Counted from the stretch's first letter, positions 31,002-41,120 are shown. The stretch is 59,435 bases of DNA from a bacterium (GCA_041640295.1 JBEQAR010000005.1:1-59435), one strand, 5' to 3'. Notes: generated by a model not told the origin, from the letters alone. A program made the numbers and translations.

Positions 31002-32471
31002 TTATTTAATTTTTACTATTACTTTTAGAATTTTAAGGCTAATTTCTTCTTTGAGCAATATTAAAGCAATAAAATATAATAATATTCCTAATAAAATTAA
31101 GATTACAGTATTAAGATTAGATAACAAAATCAAGATACCGGCCATTATTAATGAAGCAATAAGTGGTTTTAGTATTCCTGAATAGATATTAAATTCAACA
31201 TATTTGTTTAAAATAAAATAACCAAAAAGAAAACTTAAAAAACTACTTAGGGTGGTAATATAAGCAGCACCCAAAAAATCAAAATAAGGAATAATCAGAA
31301 GATTGCCAATAAAATTAATTATAATAACTATAAATTCATAAATTAATAATTCTATTCTTTTATTCAAAGCTATTAATAATTGAGAAAAAATCATAAACAA
31401 AGAACTTGCTAAAAGCGAAGGGATTAAAATTTTAAAAGCATAATGAGCAGATAAATATTCATTACCAAAAATAAATAAAATTAATTTTTCTGACAGTAAA
31501 AAACCGCCTAAAATGATCGGCAAAATTATCAAGTAAGTTAACTGAAAAGAAAATTCTAAATTTTTTCTTAAACTACTCTTATCTGATAAATTTTTAGAAA
31601 AGATTGGTAACATTGCTAAAGCGATTCCTGTTGGAAAAACTATAAGAAATTCATTGATTTTAATAGAAGAAGTATAAATGCCTACTACATAATTTGGAAA
31701 AAACCACCCCAAGATTATTGAATCAATAAATAAGAGCATTAAATACAAAGCATTAGCTAAAGCAATGGGCCAAGAAGAATTGAAATAATATAACCATAAA
31801 CGATAATTGATACTAAATTTAAAATTTCTAAAATAATTAAATAAAAATAGATTACTGATAATAAAGCCAATGGTAATAGCAATAAAATAACCATAAGCTA
31901 AGCTAATTGATGTTCTGAAATTGATTAAAACAGAAAATCCAATGATAAACAACAAAAGATTGGTTAAGAAATGAAAAATTCCCTGAAGTTCGCTTTTAAG
32001 TTCTGCTCGGTAAACAGCATAAGCAAATTCTCTTAAAATATCAAAAATTAACATTAAAGCTAAAATAGGTAAAATTATTTTTGCTACTGAATCTTTCAGA
32101 AAGAAGTAACCTAAAGTAATAATTAAAAAATATGAGATGATGCTTAAAATTAAAGAAATAATTAAAATGTTATTAAAGATAGAATATTTTTCTTCTTGAT
32201 TATTAGCTTTAGAAATTTCTCGAGTAAGAATAGCTGTTAATCCTAATTCAGGTAGAAAAGAAAACAATAAAACAAAATTCATTGCTAAAGAAAAGCTTCC
32301 ATACTCACCTGCACCCAAAAACCTTGCTGCTAAAATAACCAACAACGCTCTTAAAACACCCGAAATAAATTTACCGGCAACAATCCAAAAACTGTTCCTT
32401 AAAATAATTTGGCGATGAGTTAAATTTTTAAAAAATAGATTTATAATTTTATTAATGGTAACTGAGTTCAT
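31002..32471 (-). CDS. Wzx/MOP-superfamily polysaccharide flippase
   Basis: ARFLGAGEYG, VGIYTSS, GAAYITT; many TM helices. Confidence 0.85.
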   Translation of the reverse strand: MNSVTINKIINLFFKNLTHRQIILRNSFWIVAGKFISGVLRALLVILAARFLGAGEYGSFSLAMNFVLLFSFLPELGLTAILTREISKANNQEEKYSIFNNILIISLILSIISYFLIITLGYFFLKDSVAKIILPILALMLIFDILREFAYAVYRAELKSELQGIFHFLTNLLLFIIGFSVLINFRTSISLAYGYFIAITIGFIISNLFLFNYFRNFKFSINYRLWLYYFNSSWPIALANALYLMLLFIDSIILGWFFPNYVVGIYTSSIKINEFLIVFPTGIALAMLPIFSKNLSDKSSLRKNLEFSFQLTYLIILPIILGGFLLSEKLILFIFGNEYLSAHYAFKILIPSLLASSLFMIFSQLLIALNKRIELLIYEFIVIIINFIGNLLIIPYFDFLGAAYITTLSSFLSFLFGYFILNKYVEFNIYSGILKPLIASLIMAGILILLSNLNTVILILLGILLYFIALILLKEEISLKILKVIVKIK

Positions 32472-32979
32472 TTTTAATTTATTAAAGAATAATTATAAAA
32501 TATTTACAATTTTAGATGTTGCGCGAGATATCTTCTTAGCTTTAATTTTTGTTCTTTCTTTTGGCAGTTTAGTTATTAACTTTTTTTTAAATAAAAAATT
32601 AAACCGCGTTTATCTGATAGAATTAATTTTAGTTATTCTTTTTGTTTTATTTTTTTCAATCTTACTAAAAAACACAATATCTTCAATTAGACCAATTAGT
32701 TATTTTTCATTTCTTGAAGAGCAAAAATTTGATAGTTTTCCCTCGCAACATACAGCTTTAGCTTTTGGTATTAGCTTTATTACTTTTATTTCTAATTTTC
32801 AATTAGCGTTTTTCTTATTGATTTTATCTCTTTGGGTAGCTTTATTAAGTTGGTTATCGTTGATGCATTGGCCTATAGATATTATTGGAGGTATTATTAT
32901 TTCCCTAATATCAACTTTTTTGACTTCTTGGTTGGTACAATCTTTCTTTAGGTTTTATATTAATAAGATCAAAGCCTAA
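32455..32979 (+). CDS. PAP2 family phosphatase (undecaprenyl-diphosphatase-like)
   Basis: K...RP, SFPSQH, HWPIDIIGG. Confidence 0.8.
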   Translation: MVTEFIFNLLKNNYKIFTILDVARDIFLALIFVLSFGSLVINFFLNKKLNRVYLIELILVILFVLFFSILLKNTISSIRPISYFSFLEEQKFDSFPSQHTALAFGISFITFISNFQLAFFLLILSLWVALLSWLSLMHWPIDIIGGIIISLISTFLTSWLVQSFFRFYINKIKA

Positions 32980-34581
32980 TTCTAAAATTTTTTTTAGATA
33001 ATAAACAAAAATTATTTTATACTTAATTTCTTTTGCTTCACCAGAAATAATTATTTCCTTTTCGTAAAAATTATTTAATTCATCAGCTAATTTTAAGAGA
33101 TAATTAATAATCAAATTAGGCTTAAGATTAACTACTGCTTCATAAATTACTAAGGGAAATTGATGAATTCTTCTAAAAATTCTTAAAAAAGATTCTTGGT
33201 TAACAAGATAAATAAAACTTGATCCTAAATTAGTTTTAATATTCTTTCGATAATCAAACATTATTTTTCTTTTTTTTGCTTTTTCTAATATACTATTAAG
33301 CCTTGCGTAAGTATACATTAAATACCAAATTTGATTATTAACCGTTTCTTTCTTTACTAAATCAATATCAAAATTAATAGTCATCTCAGGAGAATATTTG
33401 GCAAAATAAAATCTGATTGGTTCGGTTCCCACTTCATCAATTAAGTCATTTAAGCTTACAAATTCACCCTTTCTTTTTGACATTTTAAATGGTTGCCCGC
33501 CCTTTACTAAATGAACCATTTGATATTCAATAAATTTAAATCGGCGAGGTTCAATATTAAAAACATATTGAAATGTTTTCTTTAATCTTCTGATATGGTC
33601 ATGATGATCGCTGCCTAAAATAATATAAGAATAATCGTAATTTCTAATAAAAAATTTATCGTAATTATAAAGAATGTCTGAAAAGAAATAAGTTTGCTCA
33701 CCGTTTTGTTTTATTAAAACTTCATCTTTTTCTTCGCCATATTTAGTCAAATTAAGCCATAAAGCACCATCTTTTTCATAAAGTAATTCTTTTTCTTTAA
33801 AAATCTTTAAAATTTTTTTATCTAAGTGTTTTTGGTAAAGTTCAGTTTCAAAATAAAAATTATCAAAAAAAGTTCCAAATTTCTTTAATGTTTTTTTAAT
33901 CAACTTATCTAAAATATATTTAATTGTAAATATTTTTAATTTTTCATAATCAAAATTTAAAAGTTCTTTACGATATTGATCAACAAATTCTTTTAAATAA
34001 TTTCCTTGATAAAAATTTTCACTATAATTTTCTTTACCCAAATAATACAAAATAGTTTTAGTTAATAAATCTATCTGATTACCACGATCATTAACATAAT
34101 ACTCTTTTGTTACCTTAAAACCCGAAAGTTTCAAAATATTGCACAATATATCTCCCAACACAGCTCCTCGGCCATTACCTATATGAAGCGGTCCAGTAGG
34201 ATTAGCAGAAACATATTCTATAATTACTTTATCTTTTTTACCTAAATTATTTTCTAAAAATTTATTATTAGCCAAAAGAACAGTTTTAAAATCATCAAAA
34301 AATAATTTTTCATTAATAAATATATTTAAATATCCATTAACAATATCAGTTTTTTTAATATAAGATAATTTTTCTAACTCGGTCTTGATTTTTAAATATA
34401 CTTTTTCTGGTTCTGATTTTAGTTCCTTAGAAAGAAGAAAAAGAAAGTTAGAAGAATAATCACCATAATCTAAATTTTGACAATTAGTAACTCTTAAGTC
34501 GTTCCTTAAATTATGAAAAGATTTACCGATTAATTTTCTTCCCAAAATTTTTAATCTATTTTCAATTCTTTTAACTAACAT
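32911..34581 (-). CDS. argS: Arginine--tRNA ligase
   Basis: EYVSANPTGPLHIGNGRG, GSDHH, KMSKRKG, YTYAR. Confidence 0.97.
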   Translation of the reverse strand: MLVKRIENRLKILGRKLIGKSFHNLRNDLRVTNCQNLDYGDYSSNFLFLLSKELKSEPEKVYLKIKTELEKLSYIKKTDIVNGYLNIFINEKLFFDDFKTVLLANNKFLENNLGKKDKVIIEYVSANPTGPLHIGNGRGAVLGDILCNILKLSGFKVTKEYYVNDRGNQIDLLTKTILYYLGKENYSENFYQGNYLKEFVDQYRKELLNFDYEKLKIFTIKYILDKLIKKTLKKFGTFFDNFYFETELYQKHLDKKILKIFKEKELLYEKDGALWLNLTKYGEEKDEVLIKQNGEQTYFFSDILYNYDKFFIRNYDYSYIILGSDHHDHIRRLKKTFQYVFNIEPRRFKFIEYQMVHLVKGGQPFKMSKRKGEFVSLNDLIDEVGTEPIRFYFAKYSPEMTINFDIDLVKKETVNNQIWYLMYTYARLNSILEKAKKRKIMFDYRKNIKTNLGSSFIYLVNQESFLRIFRRIHQFPLVIYEAVVNLKPNLIINYLLKLADELNNFYEKEIIISGEAKEIKYKIIFVYYLKKILELGFDLINIKPKERLYQPRSQKS

Positions 34582-35776
34582 TTTCTTTTAAAAATTTCCA
34601 AATTTGATTATTATCTTTAAAAAATCTACCTAATTTTATAGCTTCTAATTCGCTAATTTCTTTGGGATTATTGCTTAATTCACTATTAATAATGATTAAA
34701 GGAATAGGACCAAATTTATGCTCACCATCTTTTACATTAGTAATATGATCGCCAGTAATAACAATAATATCATTAATTATTTTTTTGTATATTTCCTTTA
34801 AAAATGAATCGAATTTTTCAAAAAAATTCTTTTTGCCCTCAAAATTTTTATCATGACTAAACTCGTCAGCTTTTTTAAGATGACAATAAATTAATTGATA
34901 AGAAAGAAAGTTTTTAATAATAGCTCGCTTAAGATTTATCAATTCTTGAGATATTGTTTTTGGGTAATCTAAATCATATTTATCAAAACCAACCGACAAA
35001 CAAGTACCTTTATCTACTCCATTAGTAGCAACAATCACGCCATTATTAAATTTATGTTTTTTAAAAAAATTTTCTAATTTTAAAATTTTATTTCCTGGCT
35101 CCCTTAATAAAATAAAATTAGCTGGCAGAATTTTCTTTTCTTTTCTTTTCTTATTAATCTTGCTTTTTTCTAAAGTTAAATAAACTAAATCTAAGAATTT
35201 ATTTATTAAAAAAGCTGTTTTAATGGATAAATTATCTTTAGCTAACGGATTTATTTTTTTTATTTTTTTACCAATTTTATAAGGGTCATTTTCAGAAATT
35301 TTATCTGATAGTGGATATTTAAAAATTAAAACTCCGCGATGACCAGAAGTATGATAAAATCTAAACGGAATCTCGAATTTAATACTATTAATTTCTTTTA
35401 CCAGAACTTTAAAACCATAATTATTTCTTCCTGCTCGGCGATCAATAACTTTTAAATTTTTATCAATAGTAGCAAAATTAGCTCTGAAAGCTAACCAACC
35501 GTTTTTATACTCTATATTACTTCCAATTGCTTCATATGGTCCCCGTTTAAATTGATTAGGTTTAATTTTATAACCAAGAAGATGTAAATTAGCAATACCA
35601 CTTACACTATAATTACCTTGTTTAGGCCAATATTTTTTTTCAACCGGATAGATATAAGATAGATGAATTTTATTTTTGATGCTGTCTAAAAAATTTTTCT
35701 TTGCTAATCTTAATGGTGTTTTCCTATCAGCAAAATCCGCTAAACCATCTATTAAGAAAAAAATAATTTTCTTCAT
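34571..35776 (-). CDS. apgM: 2,3-BPG-independent phosphoglycerate mutase, ApgM type
   Basis: DGLAD, RGPYEAIG, AFRANFAT, DRRAGR, DEFSHD, TGDH. Confidence 0.85.
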   Translation of the reverse strand: MKKIIFFLIDGLADFADRKTPLRLAKKNFLDSIKNKIHLSYIYPVEKKYWPKQGNYSVSGIANLHLLGYKIKPNQFKRGPYEAIGSNIEYKNGWLAFRANFATIDKNLKVIDRRAGRNNYGFKVLVKEINSIKFEIPFRFYHTSGHRGVLIFKYPLSDKISENDPYKIGKKIKKINPLAKDNLSIKTAFLINKFLDLVYLTLEKSKINKKRKEKKILPANFILLREPGNKILKLENFFKKHKFNNGVIVATNGVDKGTCLSVGFDKYDLDYPKTISQELINLKRAIIKNFLSYQLIYCHLKKADEFSHDKNFEGKKNFFEKFDSFLKEIYKKIINDIIVITGDHITNVKDGEHKFGPIPLIIINSELSNNPKEISELEAIKLGRFFKDNNQIWKFLKENVS

Positions 35777-35838
35777 AATAATTTAATTATAAAAGAAAAA
35801 AAAGGAGGGCTGTGTGGGATTATTCTTTTTAATAAAAT

Positions 35839-36069
35839 TCATTCATAAATTTCATCGATTTTTACAGATGCAGAAATTTTATTATTACCCCACACATCAC
35901 AGTCCCTCCTCTCGCAAATTATTGCAAGACACTGGCCCTCTTCTTTTCTTTCAGAAAGCCAGTACCTTATTGCACCTTCCTTTCCGAAGGGGCAATCTAA
36001 ACACAAATCTAAATCAAGTGGGGAATACATCCCCACTAAAAATGATTCGGAAACTACAAATATTTTCAT
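35839..36069 (-). CDS. Small Cys-rich orphan protein A (76 aa)
   Basis: AGGAGGTG SD before ATG; CLDCPF...CERRDCD. Confidence 0.7.
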   Translation of the reverse strand: MKIFVVSESFLVGMYSPLDLDLCLDCPFGKEGAIRYWLSERKEEGQCLAIICERRDCDVWGNNKISASVKIDEIYE

Positions 36070-36098
36070 ATCCGACCCACCTCCTTGTAGTGTGATGG

Positions 36099-36131
36099 TT
36101 GAAATTTTAATATATTTTTTGTAAAATTCAA
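36099..36131. promoter_or_regulatory. Overlapping bidirectional sigma70-type promoter
   Basis: Plus: TTGAAA(36099)-N17-TAAAAT(36122); minus: TTGAAT(36131)-N16-TAAAAT(36109). Confidence 0.6.
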
Positions 36132-36146
36132 GTAGGAGGTGAAACT

Positions 36147-36404
36147 ATGGAAGAAGTTCTTGATTTACTTCTTTTACCGAATGGTCAAGTTGTTGGACCG
36201 GTAGAAGAAGTAAATGATTTCTGTAGGAAGATAAATTGCCCCTTCCTCGATGTCGAGGGGTCTAATTTTTATGAGTACATCTCCCCAGATGGAGATAGAT
36301 ATTTACTAAGAATTACCCCCTGCTTACGCAGGGAATGTGATAATCACTTTTATGAAGAGGGTTCTATCAATATAAATGATGACAACTTAAAAGCCCTCTT
36401 CTAA
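36147..36404 (+). CDS. Small Cys-rich orphan protein B (85 aa), paralogue of A
   Basis: AGGAGGTG SD; CRKINCPF...CLRRECD. Confidence 0.7.
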   Translation: MEEVLDLLLLPNGQVVGPVEEVNDFCRKINCPFLDVEGSNFYEYISPDGDRYLLRITPCLRRECDNHFYEEGSININDDNLKALF

Positions 36405-36420
36405 AAGTGGTTTGGGCCTA

Positions 36421-36909
36421 TCAATTCAAATTGGTAGGCTCTTTTATTTTTTTATATATTATAACACAAAAATTTTTCATTCTTTCTATAAAATTTAATT
36501 TCTCCTCTATATTAAAATTTCTGTAATTTTTAGCTGTTTCAAATAATTCATCAAATTCTTTTTTAAAATTTTCATCTTCTAAAAACATATTATTTAATTC
36601 TATTAATTCTAAAATAGGAGAAAAAATATTCGCCCTCAACCTATTATTTAAAATAAATTCAACTTGTTGAGGATCAAGCGAGTCTATAAATTCTCTTCTC
36701 TGCTGATGATTTTCAAAGGTATCAATAATAATATTAGCAGATAAAAATTTGATTATTGCTTTTACGAGTAATTTAATGTTTTCATTTGATGTATTATTCA
36801 AAATATCCTCAAATTTTTTTATTAAGATTTTATCCTCTTCGCTTGGTTCTATTATTTGCTTAATTTGATCAGGTAAATTAGAATTATTACTAGATAATCC
36901 TTCTTTCAT
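36421..36909 (-). CDS. Hypothetical protein
   Basis: 162-aa ORF, ATGA-coupled to tatD. Confidence 0.65.
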   Translation of the reverse strand: MKEGLSSNNSNLPDQIKQIIEPSEEDKILIKKFEDILNNTSNENIKLLVKAIIKFLSANIIIDTFENHQQRREFIDSLDPQQVEFILNNRLRANIFSPILELIELNNMFLEDENFKKEFDELFETAKNYRNFNIEEKLNFIERMKNFCVIIYKKIKEPTNLN

Positions 36910-37721
36910 TTTAGATTAAAAAGCTTTAAGCTATTTTCTAAAATTTGGTCAGATAAAATTTCAGGATTAATATTTAATAATTTTGATAAAAATTGAAAAA
37001 TTAAAACTAAATTTTCTGGTTTATTAGGATAAAATCTAATTTCCTCTTTATGAGTTTGATGTTTAATAAAACTTCTAATTGGTTCAGGTAGTAAAAATGG
37101 AGAATCTGTTTCTAAAACAATTAGTTCTAAAGGTACTTTTTTGATAAATTGTTGTTTTACTTCATTATAAGTTAAATCACCATCAAATCCTAAATAGAGA
37201 TTTTTTTCTTTAGCAAATTTTAAAATCTTTTCATCTGGTTCAGTACAATGGAAAACAATATTATGTTTAAAATAATCATCCCATTCATTTTTTAAAATTT
37301 TTAATAATTCTTCGCTCATTTCTCGATTGTGAATAATTAAAGGTTTTTTATACTCTTTGGCTAATTTTATTTGCAGGATTAATAATTCTTGTTGTAATTC
37401 AAAATTACCCGCCTTTCTATCTAAACCTATTTCTCCAATAGCGATTACTTTATGATTCTCAAAATGTTTTTTTAAATCATTTAAGTCTAAAATTAATTCT
37501 CTTAAGTCTCTTTTAGTTAATTCATTAGGGTGAAATCCAAGCGCAGAATAAACATTATCAAATTGATTAGAAATTTCCAAAGCGGTTAAACAATCTTCAT
37601 AATTAGTTCCAGGGATAAGAAAATATTCAATATTATTCTTTTTAGCGTCCTCAATAACTTCTAAATATATCTCTTTTAATGGAGGAATATTTAAATGGCA
37701 ATGAGTATCAAAAAGTTTCAT
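36906..37721 (-). CDS. tatD: TatD family DNase
   Basis: DTHCH, GFHP, IGEIGLD, IHNR, FHC, LETDSPFL. Confidence 0.93.
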   Translation of the reverse strand: MKLFDTHCHLNIPPLKEIYLEVIEDAKKNNIEYFLIPGTNYEDCLTALEISNQFDNVYSALGFHPNELTKRDLRELILDLNDLKKHFENHKVIAIGEIGLDRKAGNFELQQELLILQIKLAKEYKKPLIIHNREMSEELLKILKNEWDDYFKHNIVFHCTEPDEKILKFAKEKNLYLGFDGDLTYNEVKQQFIKKVPLELIVLETDSPFLLPEPIRSFIKHQTHKEEIRFYPNKPENLVLIFQFLSKLLNINPEILSDQILENSLKLFNLK

Positions 37722-37785
37722 TTTTTAATTATTAATTATAAATTAATTTTATTTAACTTTTGAATTAAAATTAATTAATAAGAAA

Positions 37786-38196
37786 ATGGAACAACTAAGA
37801 TTCAATTTTGAAGGCGGAGAGCATTATTTTGAAAGTGAACAAGAATGGGAACAAGTGACTGCTTCCGAAAGTGTTAAAAAACAGCCAGTTTTTGTTGGTT
37901 ATGATGTTTGGAATAATTTTAGAATTAATTTCGAAATAATCAACAGACATAATGTAACATTAGTAAAAAGTTTTATTTTCCCTCCTGATTATTCTCAAAC
38001 TCGTCGTTTTAAAACTCAAATAGTTTCTGCAGAAGGTCCTATCGGAGTCAATATTAATAATGATTTTAGAACTTATACTGAAGTTTCAAGAAAATGTTTT
38101 AGATATTTAGCACGAAAAGCTGTTGCTATTTACAAAGAAAAAGTTGAAAGAAATAATAATCAGGGAAACAACGATCAATTAAATTTAGATTTTTGA
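37786..38196 (+). CDS. Hypothetical protein
   Basis: 136-aa ORF, no family recognised. Confidence 0.6.
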   Translation: MEQLRFNFEGGEHYFESEQEWEQVTASESVKKQPVFVGYDVWNNFRINFEIINRHNVTLVKSFIFPPDYSQTRRFKTQIVSAEGPIGVNINNDFRTYTEVSRKCFRYLARKAVAIYKEKVERNNNQGNNDQLNLDF

Positions 38197-39021
38197 AATT
38201 AGAGAAATAAAACCTTTACTTAAATCTGGCTTGCTAACAATTAGATCAAATTTACCTAATAAATTATTTGCAAAATCACTCCAGTCATATTTTTGTCCAT
38301 TGAATTTATATATTTCAGCACCAGCTTCTTTAACGAAAATTAATCCAGCAGCAATATCCCATAAAGATATTTGAGTAGTATAATAAATTTCCGCTCTTCC
38401 TAAAGCAATCCAAGCTAATTCCAAAGCAGCCGAGCCTAATTTTCTTACCTCTTTTACATAAGGATAAATATTTTTAAAAATTTTCAATATTCTCTTTTTA
38501 TTTTTTTCGCTTCCCTCACAATAGATTACATAACTATTTTCTAAAATATTTATCGATGATAACTTGGCAATCTTTTTTTCTATTTTTTTATTTAAATCAT
38601 AATGATAGGCACCCTTACTTTTGATAGCAATAAATCGTTCCCTTAAAATTGGTGCTTCAATTACACCCAATAATGGCTGATTTTTATACCACAAAGCAAT
38701 AGAAACAGAAAAAAATGGATTGTGATTAACAAAATTTCCTGTTCCATCAAGAGGATCAATTATCCACAAATAGTCAGAATTTTTATCAACTAAACCTGTC
38801 TCTTCTGTTAAGTAAGAGTGGTCTCTGAATTTCTTTTCAATTCTTTTTTTAATAATTTCATCAGTTAATTGGTCATAAAATGTTTTTATTTCCTTTGATG
38901 TTCCTCTAATAATAGCCTCTTCTTTTCTAAAAAGTTTTTCCAATAATTTCCCGCTTTCTTGAGCAATACTTATAGAAAAATTTATCAATTCTTTTAAATT
39001 AATTAATTTATTTTTACTCAT
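38185..39021 (-). CDS. suhB: Inositol monophosphatase family protein
   Basis: EETG, WIIDPLDGTGNF, GSAALEL, WDIAAG. Confidence 0.88.
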   Translation of the reverse strand: MSKNKLINLKELINFSISIAQESGKLLEKLFRKEEAIIRGTSKEIKTFYDQLTDEIIKKRIEKKFRDHSYLTEETGLVDKNSDYLWIIDPLDGTGNFVNHNPFFSVSIALWYKNQPLLGVIEAPILRERFIAIKSKGAYHYDLNKKIEKKIAKLSSINILENSYVIYCEGSEKNKKRILKIFKNIYPYVKEVRKLGSAALELAWIALGRAEIYYTTQISLWDIAAGLIFVKEAGAEIYKFNGQKYDWSDFANNLLGKFDLIVSKPDLSKGFISLISKI

Positions 39022-39043
39022 AGTTTATTAAATAATTTTTAAT

Positions 39044-40294
39044 TCAAGAAAAAAAATTTAAATGTAATTTAGCCCTTTCTAAATAAGTTTCTACATTTTC
39101 ATTAAAACTTCTTTTGCTTTCTGGTTTTAAAAATTCTTTCAAATTACTTTCACCACCATGATGACAAGCACAAATCATCATTAATAGATCATTATAAACT
39201 TCTTTTCTTTTTTCTTCTCGATTTTTTATCATAGTTATTAAATTAGATATTCGCTGTTTATCTAATTTTTTAATATAACGACATAAAAAATAGTAAATTA
39301 AAAATATTTCTCCTAAATAATGATCTCGATTCCTAAAATTTTCTAAATTAGTTGGCAATTGATATTTCCTAAATTCATCTTCATCTTTTAAACATTCATT
39401 AATTTTTGTAATAGGATAATTTGCGTCAGATGTATTTTCGCCAACTACCCTGTCGGTTAATTGAAATGGTCCAAAAGATAATTCTTCGTCATAAACTGCA
39501 GGTATACAACTTATAAAATTAATTCCGAAATTAGAAATTAGATACTCTAAAACAATAAGATTAATTTCCGGATTCTCTTTAGAACAAAAACTTATTTCAT
39601 TGAGAATGATAATTATTAAAGCTAATTTTAAATATTTTATAAATTCTTCATCCTGAAAAAGAATTTGGGCTAATGTTTTTTGATCTTCAGAAAAATTAAA
39701 TTCCATCGATATTTTTTCAAAATCAATCAATAATAAACTTTCACCTAAACATAACTCAAGATATTCAAAAAATTTTTTTAAATCAATTTTTGCTCCTGGG
39801 TTTTGTTTATAACTTTCTAAAATTGCCGATTTTAGTTTTTTGAAAAATTCCTTCTTATCATTATTTTCTACTATGCTGATTTTTGCATCCCATAAATTCT
39901 CTAAAATTTTATAAGGGTTTATTTTGTTATCTTTATTGAAATATTTTTCTATTAAGTCACTTAAATAATTTGTTTTAATAAATTCTTCTAAATATGAATC
40001 TAAGTTGACTGTTATTTCCTGATCGGGATTAAACGATTTTTCGTTCTCAATTTTTTCTAATTTTTCGTTTATTTCTTTCAATATTTCTTTTTCCTCTTTT
40101 TTATGTTCTGGTTCTTTAGAAAAAATTAATTTTGATAGCCAATTCCGTCCACCTAAGAATAGTATTATTCCTACTACCCCTAATGATTTTAAAAATCTTC
40201 TTCTATGAGGATTAAAAGGAATTTCATTTCTTCTAATTCTCCTTGGTCTATTTCTTCTTCGATAATTTTCTTCTCTATTTGGATAATGAAGCAT
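39044..40294 (-). CDS. Exported hypothetical protein with possible lysozyme-like domain
   Basis: RRRFLK + TM helix; NE, SFGPFQLT and ACHHGG resemble lytic transglycosylase motifs. Confidence 0.5.
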   Translation of the reverse strand: MLHYPNREENYRRRNRPRRIRRNEIPFNPHRRRFLKSLGVVGIILFLGGRNWLSKLIFSKEPEHKKEEKEILKEINEKLEKIENEKSFNPDQEITVNLDSYLEEFIKTNYLSDLIEKYFNKDNKINPYKILENLWDAKISIVENNDKKEFFKKLKSAILESYKQNPGAKIDLKKFFEYLELCLGESLLLIDFEKISMEFNFSEDQKTLAQILFQDEEFIKYLKLALIIIILNEISFCSKENPEINLIVLEYLISNFGINFISCIPAVYDEELSFGPFQLTDRVVGENTSDANYPITKINECLKDEDEFRKYQLPTNLENFRNRDHYLGEIFLIYYFLCRYIKKLDKQRISNLITMIKNREEKRKEVYNDLLMMICACHHGGESNLKEFLKPESKRSFNENVETYLERAKLHLNFFS

Positions 40295-40296
40295 CT

Positions 40297-40692
40297 TTAT
40301 AGAAAAAATATAAGAAAAAGATTGATAATAGAAATAGAATCAACTGTTAAACAATAAATACATAAATTTTTTAAGATAAAGATTTGAATGTAAATTAAAA
40401 TTAACCCCACACTTGCCCCAATAAAATTATATAATATTAGATATTGTTTTTTAAATCTATTTTTTAAAAATAAATATAACAACACTAAATTAATAAAAAA
40501 ATAAATTACTCCCAATAAAGAAAGCGGAATACCCAAAAATTCACTATATTTGCTTGTTAAGACAATATCACATTTAGTATTTATAATACAATAAGGTAAT
40601 CTTTTGTTATAATGTTCAATAGTTAAATAAATTGAGGTCAATAACGCAATAAGTGATAGAAAAAATAAAAGATAAATTCTTTTTTTAAACAT
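40297..40692 (-). CDS. Vitamin K epoxide reductase (VKOR) family, disulfide formation
   Basis: C-x5-C loop, SKYSEFLGIP, CIYC. Confidence 0.9.
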   Translation of the reverse strand: MFKKRIYLLFFLSLIALLTSIYLTIEHYNKRLPYCIINTKCDIVLTSKYSEFLGIPLSLLGVIYFFINLVLLYLFLKNRFKKQYLILYNFIGASVGLILIYIQIFILKNLCIYCLTVDSISIINLFLIFFL

Positions 40693-40707
40693 ATTTAATA
40701 ATTTAAA

Positions 40708-41118
40708 ATGACTAATATAAATAAAAAAATTTTAACTATAAAGACTAAGAAAAGCAAAGAAATTATTGATATTACTAACGATATTGAAAAATTTTTATCC
40801 CTTCAAGAATATCAAAATGGTTTAGTTTATTTATTTCTTCTTCATACTACTTGCGCTTTAACAACTACTGATTTAGATCCAGGAGCTGAAAAAGATTATT
40901 TAACTGCCCTTGAGAAAATTACACCTAAAGGAAATTATATTCATCCTCATAATCCAGAACATTTCCCTGACCATTTTTTATCTTCAGTTGTTGGTACTTC
41001 CCTACTTCTTCCCTTTGAAAATAAAAAATTAATTTTAGGTACTTGGCAAAGAGTAATCTTAATTGAATTTAACGGACCAAGAGAAAGAGAAATCTTTATA
41101 AAGATTTTATTGAATTGA
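40708..41118 (+). CDS. yjbQ: YjbQ/UPF0047 family protein
   Basis: HTTCAL, LGTWQ, EFNGPRER. Confidence 0.9.
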   Translation: MTNINKKILTIKTKKSKEIIDITNDIEKFLSLQEYQNGLVYLFLLHTTCALTTTDLDPGAEKDYLTALEKITPKGNYIHPHNPEHFPDHFLSSVVGTSLLLPFENKKLILGTWQRVILIEFNGPREREIFIKILLN

Positions 41119-41120
41119 GA

